The notes under the pieces were generated by a model. The model was not told where the DNA came from. It did no database searches and was given only the letters and a program-made list of their open reading frames with translations. Both the position numbers and the translations under genes were made by a program. Of a stretch of 64,000 bases of DNA, positions 11,218 to 24,707 are shown piece after piece. How positions within the stretch are numbered: position 1 is the stretch's first letter; every line of letters begins with the position of its first letter. This DNA comes from Hydrolagus affinis (taxonomy: Eukaryota): NCBI GenBank assembly GCA_012026655.1, contig JAAILG010000791.1:1-64000 (forward strand). The letters run 5' to 3'.

Positions 11218-13122
11218 ACGCGTAGGAGAAGTTCCTTGCTCAAGTGTCGTCTCTTTGTTCCACAGTGCAACAACTTGTGCACCTGAGGTTTGTTTTCTAC
11301 ACAATGAATAATGGAAGTGTGCATCTGCTATACTATACCAGATATCCACTAAGCAAAATGCAAAATCGACTTTTACGAATGACTCTTACCCAAATAGTAT
11401 GTGTACCAACTGCTGGATGAGCTACAAATTGTACCTGAGGGTTAATACTCCTCTCCTCGATGATTTCTAACTCTTGGGGATTTAATATCCTGATCTGATG
11501 AAAGTACCTACTGTATAATCTTTTTGAATCATTGGCCAGGCAGAGGTTTCAGTGGAGTATGATAATGGTTATCTTCTGAGCACACATGTATGTTGAAAAT
11601 TTAAATACTGACATGATTTAATCCATCATTGGCCAATTCATTTTGAATGTAATTTGTATGCTAAACCATTTTTAAAACCACTACCGGGATGGAATTGTAT
11701 TGGGAACTTAGTACTGCAAATCAGCTCGGGACATGTTGACAAAAGTATTGCAAAATGGTAACCGTCTGGTTGAAGTAGCACCATTTGCTGTATTTAGCTT
11801 TCTCACTGCAGTTATGTGATAACATTACATTAAACTGGCCAAGTCGCCCACAGCTCAGTAAGACTTTATTTAGTGAGAGTAGCTGAGCTGTGCAGATGAG
11901 AAGACCCATGCCCCTCTCTCCACCCCTTCATTCCCAGTAAACATCTTAGATGCAAGTCTCAAACATGAAAATAAACGGAGTCACTTAAAAGAAGATGATG
12001 ATAGATCACTGGTTAAAGTGACTGGTTGCCCAAATTAACTCAGAATGCCTGGCATTGCTCTTCTAAGGAGTAACATTTCGAAGTGTGCTGAATTGGGTAA
12101 ACTGTTAAATCAGTTTTAACTTTGAAGCCCGTTTTCTGTAGTTCTTAAAAGATCTTTGCACAAAAAAAGTTTTAAAATTAAAGCATATTAAAGACAAATG
12201 ACAGGTGAGAGTGAATTTCAAATCTGGACCCAGGTGGATGTTTTACTCTGGTGTGTTTTTTAAAAAAAACACAGGTCAGGTTCAATGAGCCATATGGCTG
12301 CTTCTTACTTATTCAGGCACTCATACTTTATTCCACCAGTTCACAAAAATAGAACAAGCACAAGTACATGATAGCTGCAACATTCCGCCCCCAAATTGAA
12401 CTATCAATTTCAAGTGCTTTGTAGCAATCTTAGAGATAAGACGATCAGATTCATTTAAAACTGAATCGCCAGCTACTTTTTGATGCAATCTGCAGCATTT
12501 TGCAGCCTTTTATCCTTTCCGCTATTTCAAGATGGGCAGGCTTCAACTTGGACGACAATGTCTTCAGAGGAATCAGGAACAGGGACATGTCTCTGCCAAG
12601 TTTTATTTGGTCTATTTACCACTCACTACCTGTTTTGAAGCAGCTTCAGAATCTGTAAAATGAAAACCTTTACCAATGGAGAAAACTTCTGACACAGCAG
12701 TGAGAGGGCCATCACCTGAGCCAGGCTGACACCATTCTGTGTACTTTTATTCACACGAACCAGAAGAGCATTGTAACCATTACTAGCTCTGTTCTTTGGA
12801 CTGGGTGAGGGTGGTGAGGAATCAGAGGTCTATTAAGGCTCTTATTTCAGGGTAAAATCAGCATCGAAGCAATGGCTCACAAAATGTTTCACAAAACTAT
12901 GGAATTTAGATAAAGCTTTTTGGCCCATTAAATTGACTCCATTCACAAATCATGAAAAACCTATTGATTAAAACAATTGATTCAATTGCATCTATTTGAA
13001 TTCTGTGCAGGGGAGCAATGTCACTGGTTGATTCAATGAGAAAGACAGCAGTGTAAACAATTAGCAATGCAAACATAAATACAAGCCAATGCCCTCTGGA
13101 ATGCAGTTTGTTTGAACCAATA

Positions 13123-14438
13123 CAGGTAGCCCCCGCTTAACGAACGCCCTGTTAACAAAACTTCACTATAACAAGGGTTTCTATTTGTACCACCCTATGT
13201 GCTTAGCAAAGGCTGCGCTCGCTATAACAAAAGTTTAAATCTCAGCATGCCACCTAATCCAAGAGAAAGCGCGTGCAGGATGGGAGGAGGATCTTAAGCG
13301 GCAGGATGCTAGGCAACCACATGACGCTACTCTGAAAAAGCTGGCGTCGACTTTTGCTGCTAGCAACGACTTTTGCTGCTAGCAATGGGTGGCTTGATCG
13401 TTTTCTAAAGCGATACAAGCTACATTCTATCAAAATGTGCGGGGAAGCTGCTAGTGCGAATGTTGCTGCTGTTGAACATTATCTAGAAGAACTTAGAAAA
13501 ATCATTAAGGAGGGAGGTTATACACCGTAAGAAATTTTCAACTTCGATGAAACAGGGCTTAATTGGAAGAAGTTACTTGAGAAGACCTACATCTCCATAA
13601 ATGAGAAATCAGCCCCTGGATTGAAAGCTGCAAAGGATCGCCCAACTGTTGTTCTTGGGGGTAATGCATCTGGTGACTTTAAATTAAAACCGTGTTTCAT
13701 TTACCGTTCTGAAAACCCTTGAGCATTAAAAGGCTTGTCAAAAGAGTCTCTTCCTGTTTATTATAAGTCTAATGCCAAGGTTTTCAAAGACAGCGATCCT
13801 GAAATGGATCGCAAGCATTAAGGTTGCCCGTGACATCGAGCAAACTATTCGTTGGTACCAAGAATTGCATGATGAAAAGAAGAAAAACTGTTGACAGTCT
13901 TCTATCGATAGTTTCCTTAAACCAACATCGTCCAAAGAACCAGTACCAAGTACGTCCGCTGACTATACAGAACCTATTGCTTTTCTCACCAGATTCTCCC
14001 AATTCTCCAGCCTCCTCCTCCTCCCTCTCCTCCTCCAGCAACAATTAAAATGAAGACCCACTCTCTACTCCTCACCTCATCTTATTATGGGAAGTATGGG
14101 AACTTTCGTTTCGTTACTGTATTGTGTTGAAAATTTACTAAATAAAATATTGTTCAGGTTAACAAAACAAACATTTTCATCTTGTATTCTTTCATCTTTT
14201 CACTTGTAATTAAAGTACAGTACAGCATTGCAGCCTTCAATAGCAGTTCTACCTACCTTATGCCGTCGCTGGCACACCGCAAATGTTAGCGCTAGATGCT
14301 AGGCACTACTGGGGATGAAACAGATTTTTTTCATATATGGAAACATAGTAAGGACCTCCCTCCCGCCTGCTTAACAAAATTTTCTCTTAACGAGGAGTTT
14401 TGAAGTCCCTAACCCCTTCGTTAGGGGGGGGTTACCTG
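13123..14438 (+). mobile_element. Tigger/pogo DNA transposon, internally deleted, both TIRs present
   Basis: Left end TA|CAGGTAGCCCCCGCTTAACGAA, right end TTCGTTAGGGGGGGGTTACCTG|TA; contains a transposase remnant. Confidence 0.93.
13371..13779 (+). pseudogene. Tigger (CENP-B/pogo family) transposase remnant
   Basis: FAASNGWLDRFLKRYKLHSIKMCGEAASA...IIKEGGYTP*EIFNFDETGLNWKK...APGLKAAKDRPTVVLGGNASGDFKLKPCFIYRSENP*ALKG. Stops at 13528 and 13720; 19-bp tandem duplication at 13348-13385. Confidence 0.93.
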
Positions 14439-14487
14439 TATAGGTTTGTGATTTTGAACATGGTACATTGTTGAAGATATCGTCCAT

Positions 14488-14790
14488 GAGTCCAGGAGCT
14501 CAGTGATTACATCACTCGTCTTACAAGCGGGAGACCTGGGTTCAATTCCATGCAGGGTGAAACCTTGGGCAACTTTTCTTACTCCACACGCCTAATAATA
14601 ATCCCTAAAAAAAAAAAAAATCCGTGACTGTTTGTGGGACGCTGCTGTGTGCAATTGGCTGCCACATTTTACCCACTTATATACAGTCAATTCACTTTAC
14701 AGTATATTCTGTGAAGTATATTCTAGACGGTTGAGACGTCTAGAAGATGTGAAAAGCTCTACAACAAATGCAAGGATTATTATTATTATT
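14488..14790 (+). mobile_element. Young SINE, near full length
   Basis: Pol III A-box agctcagtg and B-box ggttcaattcc, anticodon-like cttacaa, body, and (att)n tail. Confidence 0.92.
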
Positions 14791-16171
14791 ATATAGCTCT
14801 AGAAAAAACGATTTTACAAGTCTGACTTACTAAATTGGGGCTTTTGCTTATTAAAAAATGTACAAATATATGATTAAAAAAACTATTCATGTATTGCTAT
14901 TGGCTGCCCTCCCCACCCCTTTCCGCACCACCCAATAGGAGTTGTCAATTTTGCTTTTTTTTGCAGTGTCAAGACAGGCTGACGTCTCAACACTTGTGCT
15001 CAATATTTTCAGCAGAGCACTACACGTCTCGTAAGAGATGCTGATGAGCTGACAGCCTTTGAATTCTGTTTTATATTCACAAAAAAAGCAACATTTTCAA
15101 AGTAATATTTATAAAATTCCTAAAATGGGGATTCACCTCTGATTTCCTTTTTTCAACATTACAGTGTAGTGGTTCGACTGGTTCTACTGATTGGATCACT
15201 TCAATCGTTATAGACAGCCAGACAGCATGGAAAGATTGTTATGACATTTGAAGCAACAGTCCATTTAAGAAAAAAGGCAACACCTTTGAAAAGAAGATGA
15301 CTGAAGACAACATTGTCTTAGCTAAATGCATGGTCTCAACAGAATGAGACCTTGCTGAGTTGGTGACAACACATGAACACTAACACATGGGCTCCAAAGG
15401 CTATATGAGCAGTGTGTGTGGATTGTTTTCAACCGAGCTACTGCCGATTAGTGTCTTAGTGTCTAAGTGTCTAAGTTTTACCAATTAATTGATGTGTCAT
15501 TCTGGACGGATGTCTTTAAGAGCATCTTAACATGTTCTTTACTTCAGCTGATAATGTATGTGTGTTAGCCTAACTCAATCGGTAGCAGTCTGCTTTCCAT
15601 GTCCATAGTTCGCAAAATATGGTACAGCACTTTAAATTTTGCTTGGTCTATTTGCATGTTAAACCCAGTGTTCTACATAGAGGAAGGGTCTATATCCATC
15701 ACTTAATATACACGTACCATTCAGCTCCTTCTAGCATACAAGAAGCCAATAAACCAAACTAACAACAGGTTTTGATAATATGGAAAATTCTGCCATATTT
15801 GCAACATTTCACACTTCACATCATATGCTTGATTTGCATACATTTATTTACATGTTGTTTTGCTGCTCCTATTAGGATTTTGATTGTTAACCATTAAAAT
15901 CATTAACAGATGATGTTAACTACATTATCTCAAAGAAGGGGCTGACATTGATTCCCCAGTAAGAAACTGCTGTTTATCATTCAGTGTTGATGACAACATT
16001 GGTGAAAGTAAGCAGGGTCTCTCTGGAGCTGAGCTGGCTCCAAGATGATGTGCTTGGAAATAAATTGTTGAGATCATATCTCCTGGTTCCTGCATCAGGC
16101 AACATTTCAAAACAGAGCTGATGAACACTCTGCCAGCCTTGTTCATCCGCAAGAGCAAATCGTTTGATTTT

Positions 16172-16318
16172 ATAATAATAATAATCCTTGCATTTGATAT
16201 AGCACTTTTCACATCTTCTGGACGTTTCAAAGTGTTTCACAGTGTGATTTGACTGTACATTTTTTGTAGGCGAAAGGCAGCAGACAGATGCACACTGCAG
16301 TGTCCCACAAACAGTCGT
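16172..16318 (-). mobile_element. Young SINE, 3' half
   Basis: (aat)n ccttgcatttgatatagc...gtgtcccacaaacagtcg. Confidence 0.88.
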
Positions 16319-19095
16319 CTATATTTTTATAGAGCCTTTCAAAGTAAAGTGCATCATCCCACAAAACTGACTGGGAGCCTGTTAGATTTAAATCAAATTG
16401 TAAGTTTGTTATGTACCAGGATGTTATGTTTGGGGGTCACTGAGCATTTACTCTTGTTCATAATTTTTTAAATATTTATATCAATTATGGAGAAAGTAGC
16501 TTTTCATTAGTTGAGCCTTGGTTTTCTTCAAATAAATAAACAGAACTCTTGCCGTCTAAAAATGTTTTACACGATTGCAATATCATACAATGCAAGTAGA
16601 ACTATGGTTGGACACAATGTATCAAGTCAAAGCTTTGCAATTTCCCAGCAAGATATATAGGTTGTATCTAAGTGCTTTCAGACAGCCTCCTGATGTGAAA
16701 GGCGTTATATGAAATACAAAGATTATTATTTATTTAAAGGTAACAGTACCCATCAAAGAAAAATATATGGCTAATGTAATGCATATATCCTGACTGAGCT
16801 TTTAACAGCAAACTCCAGAGAGATTAATTGGATATCTAAACCATTCAATAATATGCAGACCAGTTATAGAGAATAATCAAAATTATTGATTGGAACAAAA
16901 GTGCAAGTTCAATAACGTTTAAGAAGTATTTAAAGATATTGTGACAAAGGTCTATTTTGCCAACAAGTTAAATTGAGGTGGGAGATTGGGAGTGGGTAAA
17001 GAGAGGGGGTGAGGGAAAGAGAAAACAGGTCGGAGAGATGAGGAAAGATGCAAATAAACTATTTGCAGGTCAAATGTATGTCATTGTAGACACAAGCTGT
17101 CTGCTCGGCACCACCTGCAAACAAATACTTCCATCAGTATAGCTACCAGCACCGACCTATACTGTGAAAGGCTTCAAGGATGTTCAGCCAAAGAGCAGTG
17201 ATCAAAGCCGTTACTCTCACTGCATAATCAATTCATCTTTACAAGATGAACAGGGAAGGTGAATCAACTATGTAACAGAGACCCCCCACTTGGCTTGCTA
17301 TATTTTCTTTGCTACTGAAACATTTTTTAAAACAAAATCAGAAAATAAGCTGGTAAACATTTCACTGTGTTTAAAAAAAAGGGAAATAAGTATTGATAAA
17401 TTAATTTGCATGCTAAATGTTACTGCTTATGGCAGCAGCAGCTCACCTACAATACTTGGAGCATGGAGGCAGATAAACCTGATGTGCATTTAAAGTAACA
17501 TTGCATCTGTAGCATGCATCTGTGATGTCCATCTGCGATAGCCGAGCAGTTCAAATCAAATATTCAAAAGTGGACATTAAAAGACATGATCGGAATATTT
17601 CCTGGGACAAGCCTGGAGAAGGATAAACTAACAATGTTGAACACATCCACTATTATTGACTCCCTTTGGTGTCATCACCATTGGCGTCTTTATTGGAGTT
17701 TATTCAAAGCAGATTCAGGGCGTAGCAAAGACATCACAGCAGTAGCATATAATAAATGGCTTCAGGTGACAGGGTTCAAAAAGGAACACAGCATTTTTGC
17801 ATTTTTCCTTATTTAATTACCATTAATTTCGACTGTCAAAGCATCATATTAAAAACACAATTTTTTTGATAAAAAAAACTATCTGCTCTACAGATTTTGA
17901 TCACCTTTGAACTCAATCTAGGTTTAATTAAATAAGCCCGATGAGCACCAAAAATAAATAGAAGAAAGCAAAAAAAATTATTTTAAAATTGAAAACAAAA
18001 AGGGGGCTTTTTTAAAAAAAATAAAAAATCTTAACAGATTTATTTCAACGTGTAAATGGATTAAGAAAGAAAAGGATAAAACTACAAATTGTTCAGCACT
18101 AATTGCTCACTTTGAAACCTGACTGCAGTTTAGTAAAGATGTTTCCCCCAGCCAGGGCCTCACTCGGGTCAATGTATCAAGAACAGGCAGAAGCTGAAAA
18201 AGAAGACACCATTTTGTACTTGTCTCACTGCTTTGTTAATATGAGTCTGTCTTACAGGATAGAAAAACACATTAATTTAGTAAAATATGATGGGCCTTCT
18301 TCTGCCCAGAGATTTAAAGACCCTTGCTCTAAACAGACTCCATTCACTTGGCTTTGGTGATTCTGCTGTTCAGGATGATCCAGAGCTACAGTCATTTTAA
18401 TTTGAAAGTACTGACGACCAGTCAGTACCAGCCTGCAGCTTGTGCCTCAGTATCAGTACTATCAGTGCACCAACAAAACAAGACTCCTTTCAACAATAAG
18501 GCGAGCAACTCCAACTGCTCATTGGCAAGGATACAGTTTTGAAGGTTGAAGGTCATAAGTAGGTTTACCCGTTGTGCTTTGGCCTCCCACAAAACCACAT
18601 GAGGCGTGTGATTGTTATGCTGCATGGTATGAACAAGGGAACAGAAGCTTACAACAGTTCAAGTTGGGATTGAAAATGGCTTGCCTTGCAGCAAAACATA
18701 ATCACATCACTGGTTCCTTTAGCATTCTGCGAGTTCTGCTGAGCGATGGGGAAAAAAAAATCCCAGCTATTTCTATAAATTGTATGAGTAAGTAATTCGA
18801 GCCCTAATAAAAGGTCAGGCGTCCCAGAGGACATTACTGCATTTCAAAGAACAACCTCATACTTCACTTGAAGGAATAAACGGTGCAGATTAGGGACTCC
18901 TGCCAAGATCGAATAGTTAACAGTATAATTGCCGGTGTGTCAATTACAACAACAACTGTAAGAAAACTAGAACATACATGTGAAAATGTTGTGTCCGAAG
19001 GAATGTAAATATTCAGAAACCTATCTGGGTCCAGGTCAAAAATGTACTAAAAAGGTACAAAAACCACCCTGTGACTGAACAATACCACCTGTTAC

Positions 19096-19225
19096 CTGAT
19101 TTCTTTATCCCAGTCGTGCTCTACATGAGAACCAAGATCGTGAATGGGCTAACTCATCTCTCCTGGGCCAATGTAAAGCTGGCATTATCAGGTGCTCTCT
19201 CTGTGGATTGCAACAGGAATATGGT
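19096..19225 (-). other. Candidate non-coding exon (130 nt)
   Basis: Acceptor ccttttcttgtttctattccag and donor CAG|gtaaca; stop codons in all three frames. Confidence 0.2.
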
Positions 19226-19874
19226 CTGGAATAGAAACAAGAAAAGGATACAAGAAGTAAGAGTACCAGCAAATCCCTATCACTGCTAACATTTTTATAA
19301 AACCACATTTCTTCAAAGCACCACAGCGTCAAAAACACAACCAAGGAGTAAGTTCCGAAATGTCAAAATGAACCATTTCTGGAAAAAAATAGGATGAGAT
19401 TCTCCTTTAAAAGCAACCCTGAGAAGATTTTGCTTTGATCTTTTTGGCCCGGAGCCCTGATCAAATCATCAAAAAATTGATGCTGACAAATTTAATACTA
19501 CTGTACTTGTAACATTCACAAAGTGCCTGAGGTACTTAATGCATATATATGCTGACAATTTCAGTGTAATTGCATAATATAGAGCATTATCCGATCCTAC
19601 ATCAGCTGTCAATGTCACAGTTTCATTGGAGAAATTTCCATGGATCAAGTACTCGATCTAAATGGAAGATGGAAAACACTTAACCACCCAAGTTTAACAC
19701 CACCAGCCACCAGAAATTCATCTATGAAATAGGAAGAGAGCAAATACATTTACCAGGGGGGGAAAAACAATATCCATGCTGTTTCAGTAAATTACGTCAA
19801 TATGGATGGTTATAGTTTCAAGGTGTGCTAAACCAGTATCTCTCCAAAGCACTCGAGGATTGCAAAACATCACA

Positions 19875-20028
19875 CTGGCTGTGGGACTTTGCTATATGCA
19901 ACTTGGCTGCCACATTCGCCAACTAAACCATTTAATCTCTACACTTTACAGTGTATCCTATGAAGCACTTTGAGATGTCTACTCAATGTGAAAGGCACGA
20001 CATCAAACACAAACACATTATTGTAATA
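19875..20028 (+). mobile_element. Old SINE 3' portion
   Basis: ggctgtgggactttgctatatgcaacttggctgccacatt...gaagcactttgagatgtc. Confidence 0.75.
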
Positions 20029-20285
20029 AATAGGACCCGATTCCAAAGCAGAAGCAAGCAAGTTCATTCTAACCTTGGGATCCATCCGATAAGATTGTTG
20101 GGATGTGGAGTCATCACCACAAGTGGCTTTTGAAGCTGGATTATTCAGAATCATTCAGAAGGGTACCAGATAATTATCCAATATTAAGTGATGTGGGAAA
20201 GAGCTGGAAAGTAAAAAGATGTAGAAAAATGGCAAGCGGTGGCTGAAATCTTGTATGCTTCTATGCAAGAAGAAATAATTTATGT

Positions 20286-20590
20286 GGAGTCCTGTAGCTC
20301 AGTGTTTAGAGCACTTGCCTTACAAGCAAAAGACCTGGGTTCAATTCCAGGCAGGGTAAAATCTTGGGCAAATTTCCTTACTCTACACACCTAATTATGA
20401 TCCCTCAAAAAACCCAATAATAAATTGGTCATTTCAATCCTCAACTGTTTGTGGAACACTGCTGTGAGCAACTGGCTACCATGTTTCACCCACGTAGTCA
20501 ATTCACTTTACAGTACATTCTGTGAAGTGCTTTGAGACGTCCAGAAGACATGAAAAGCTTTATATCAAATGCAAGGATTATTAATATTAA
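20286..20590 (+). mobile_element. Young tRNA-derived SINE, full length (reference copy)
   Basis: ggagtcctgtagctcagtgtttagagcacttgccttacaagc...gggttcaattcc head (tRNA-Val(TAC)-like), A-rich linker, Deu-type ctgtttgtgg..gctgtg.gcaa.tggct segment, and L2-like tail gctttgagacgtc...atcaaatgcaaggattatt. Confidence 0.93.
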
Positions 20591-20802
20591 TAAACCAACA
20601 CATCCGCATAAAATCAAGTCAGTTCTCACAGCTGGATGGAAAGATAACACATTTAGCATGAAGTATTTATGAAAACCCTTTAACAATGTTATAATGGCAT
20701 TGGGAGTTGCAAGCAAAGCAATGCCACTGCTAGTAATATAAACAACTGTACAACAAGTCTCACTCCAACAAATAGCTGCCCGAATCTACTGGCCTTCTGT
20801 TC

Positions 20803-20870
20803 TCAGCATCTTGGGACGTCCTCCCCGATGTGAAAGGCGCTCTACAAATGTAATTTTGTTGTTGCTGTTC
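20803..20870 (+). mobile_element. L2 3' tail fragment
   Basis: ttgggacgtcctccccgatgtgaaaggcgctctacaaatgtaattttgttgttg; same type as 39703, 57470 and 58425. Confidence 0.7.
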
Positions 20871-21589
20871 TGCACACAATCTGAATACAAGATCAGCATG
20901 TACTGCCCTGAAAACTGGGTAGCTTTTTGGATAAATAATTTATTTCCCCCAACGCCTCCTTCTGTGTCGCACAAATGATAATTCAGTTTGTTCTCACTTC
21001 TTTAGCTGATCGGACCTCCTCTTCAAGCATAGTCACCTTCTCTTCAGAAAGTTACAGAAAAATCAAAACTAAGTTGTTTTTACAACACAATAACTTTTTG
21101 AGCTTTTTGTGCTTCAAATGCTTTGAGATGTCCTCCAAACATGAAAGGAGCTACACAAGTGTAAAAAAATTAATATGGTATGTTTCGCAATTTAAAATTT
21201 CACAATTATTCACCTTTAACCTCCATAACTTTTAAATTTGTTTTCTTTCTTTTCTTCGCCTCACATTGATGAATAAACAGATAGGTCACGTGGCCCTAAG
21301 GCTTCTGCTAATTTCATTCTTGCTTAGCTCCTCACACCTCTACACATTGAGGGACCGTGAATTTGGGAAATTACATCTGGAGGCCAGCTCCCAAATAATC
21401 TTTGAACACACAGGAAGACAAGCTTTCACTTTATTTCAAACACATCTGGTGTATTCAGTGCCAAACTCTGCATGCGATTCGGAAATATTGGCCACAATCC
21501 AGTCTCTTGTTATAATATTTATTAAGAAACATCCAGGTAGATTACTGAGAGTTATTCTTAATTTATAATTGCTGTTGATCACATTGGTT

Positions 21590-21975
21590 TTAGCCTGGCT
21601 CAATTGGTAGCAATATCACCTTATAAGGTTGTGGGTTCAAGCCCCGCATTGAATTTGAACTCCCAAGTCAGAGGAGTGCATTGATAGAGGTGCAATCCTT
21701 GAAACATTAAACTGGAGTCCAATGAAGGTGTCTGTGAAGGTGGACATTACAGATCCCATGGCACTATTAGAAAAGAGAAGGGAGTTTCTCCTGGTGTCTG
21801 GTCAATAAAACCCTAAATAATATTAATCATTCACTCCACAGCTGTGTGTGAGACATTGTTGACTTGCATGGAGTCACGTCACCACGCTCTACAGTAATAT
21901 GCCCTCAACCACTTTAAGATTTCCTCCCAACATGAAAATTACTATATCAAATGGAAGGATTGTTATAGATTAATA
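21590..21975 (+). mobile_element. Old DeuSINE (SacSINE1/AmnSINE1-like), near full length
   Basis: tRNA head ggctcaattggtagc..ggttgtgggttcaagccc; Deu domain aggtggacattacagatcccatggcactatt..agaagggagtttctcctggtgtc; tail. Confidence 0.78.
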
Positions 21976-22015
21976 TTAATGCTAAAATTTAAAAGCAAGT
22001 AAGTTGGTTTCAATT

Positions 22016-22225
22016 ATACACAGCACCAAAACAGGCTGTTTGACCCAACTAGTCTGTGTCATTGTTTATTCTCAACACAAGCCCCCATGCCTCTTTTTCT
22101 CCACTCCTCACTCCCCACTTGATGCATCAAGTTCCCTCTTAAATACATTGATGCTTTATGCCTGAACTACAGTGAATTCCACATTCTCCTCAGTCTATGC
22201 ATGAAGACGTTCCTCCTAAACTCTA
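22016..22225 (-). mobile_element. CR1 3' end, old
   Basis: Similar to 5553-5775 (gatgcatcaagttccctcttaaatacattgatgc...gaattccacattct). Confidence 0.62.
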
Positions 22226-24248
22226 ATAAGATCAGTAAGATAAGACCACTCCAATAAGACCACTCACTACATTGTAACTTCTTAAAAATATTGCAACTTT
22301 ATGGTTGAATGATCTGCTAACACTCACTGTCTGAAGATTCCCACATAAGAACAGACATTTGAGTAACGTGCCAGAGGAGGTTGGGAAGGGGACTGTCAGA
22401 AAAAGGTTGCTCATGCCTATGAAACCGCTAATCAAGTCAGCATCCTCGGGAGATTGGAAGATTAGAGGAAAAACAAAACAATCATGTCCTGATGGAGAAA
22501 AGGCGCAAACCTCTCCTGTCACCCCAACAAAAACTTTCTCAAACCACCATCAGTTACATATGTATAATATGGGATGATTCAATCCTAATTTTGCCTAAAA
22601 ATGAGTACAATTACTATTATACAAAAACCCTGTGAGGAGCTTTGGGACATCTTTTCAATGTGAAAGGGGCTATGTCAAAAACAGGGATTATTATTAATTT
22701 TTTGCACTACAATCCATTACAGACTTCCTTTGTCGTCGCAATAACTCCTCTTACAAGTGTTTATTTGGGAAGGAGTGTGCGCAAGATCCAAGAAATATTT
22801 GTGATGCTAGAGTTAAGTGGAGTTTTCACTAACATGGAGCCTATGTGCAAAGCAACTCCGACCCACATTCCTATGTCACTACCTCAGGCATCTGTCAAAA
22901 AGAAAGGAAACCTACTTTCAGTATGTAACAATTCAAGCAGAATCACTGACAGTACACAAAAAAAGCAGCGGGCACTGTGTTTTCTCATTAACTGTAGCAC
23001 AGCCTTGACCCAATTAAACTCCATAGACTGTGGCGGATGTATAATAACAGATGGCCAACAGTGAAATACAAGGTAGTTACACAGATCAAGAGGTTCAGAT
23101 AACCTTGTAAATCATGAGACCATAGCTGAAGTGCTTTACTACTTCATGTAAAACCACACGATTTCTGCAAGACCCTGGCAGCTTACTTCTATTTTGCTGA
23201 ATATAATGCATTGATATCTGTTGTGGTTGTTAAAAAGCTTCGGGGGCAAAAAAAAGATCAGTACTTGCTGCGTTGAGTGAGCAAGGCTGTCCTCAAACTG
23301 AGAGGTCATTGGCATATCATTCAATATAAATAACTAGAATGATGTCTTGAACAGTAAATGCAAGTATTATCACTAATATTGAGAAGCATTTTTTCAGGTT
23401 GTAATACCACAACAGGCTGCACACTGTTGAGTTGTGAGGAATAATACCCTGGTTTGTGTTAAAAATTTGTTAAGTTTATTTCAGGTACAGAGTGCTGACT
23501 TAACGATAGCCTGCAGCTCTGTTATTCCAGGTCACCAATTAAATGAACACTCCAAGGACCTTTCACAGAAGCTGGATTTACAATGCTTTGCACACACATT
23601 GGAAAGTATTGTGGGACAAAAGTTCAATGGGTCCAACTTACACTGATAGGTAAATGAAGTGATTTGTTGCTGCCATTCTCCAAGATAAACTGGTCCACGC
23701 AATTTAAGCAGCCCATGTTTAATTCCAGAAACTTTGCTGAGTTTATAATCGTAGTCAGAGTGACACCAGGAGTACTGATTCAGCCTCAGGACCCTGTGTT
23801 ATGGAAGGAAAAATCAAGTAGGAGTCACACTCTTGAACACAATCCAGTTACCACTGATGGAAAGAGTGTACATGTGGTCCACTGCAGTCTTTTCCACAGT
23901 CAAATTGATTGCTAATACTTACCGTTTAGGATCATACCTGAAGAATGACCATATAGTGGTATATAAGATATCAGATAGTGGCAGACACCTGTGAAAGCAT
24001 GTCCCAGAACATCAGTATCCTCAGGTGAGAAGGATGGAAAACAGTTTTACAAAAAACGGAGTAATACAGAGATTATTGAATTTGGAACCAGCACTGCAGT
24101 GAAAGGGTAACACTCAACATGAGAGTAAACACAGAGCACCAGATAATTAAGCAGTGGATTGTAAAAGTCTATCTACAGCTTGTAGGAAGCAGATAAGAGG
24201 TTCCATAATCGTGCTAATCTTATAGCTGTTCTGTCTTTGCAGACTTAC

Positions 24249-24454
24249 AACATTTGTAATGACAGGGTGTCCCTTAACATAACATTTCAAAACATTATCA
24301 GCAATAATATAATCTAAGCGCTCTTTTTCTGGTGGTCGAAGAACTCGAGTAAGATAGCACAGGCTTGCTTTCAAATGGTCAAGAGTTAAAATTCCAGTTC
24401 AAACAGACATTTTAGATTGTTTGTTGTCGTTGCAAAAGCTTTTCTAGTTCCCAC
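24249..24454 (-). other. Candidate exon (206 nt); no frame is open end to end
   Basis: Acceptor ctgttttattcaccag and donor GTT|gtaagt. Confidence 0.2.
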
Positions 24455-24707
24455 CTGGTGAATAAAACAGTGCATTGATTCAGAGCATTGTAACCTGCCA
24501 AATGAACAGAAACCAGTCATCGCAGAGCACTGATACCACCCATGGAGAGACCAGATCCTTCTGATCCAACAGATCTGAGAAGTTTCCTTACTCCATACAA
24601 CTCTGATTACCTAGGAGTTAGTTAGAACCCTGTTGTTAGCCGATTGACAGATCAGTTTCTGGAGGCAATAATCCGTCTCCCCAAAATGCAAAAAATATAT
24701 ATTTTTA

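Noticed and set aside
20286-20360. tRNA-Val gene (also at 14488, 35136 and 51780)
   Set aside because: These are SINE heads: they continue into SINE body and tail and do not form a clean cloverleaf.
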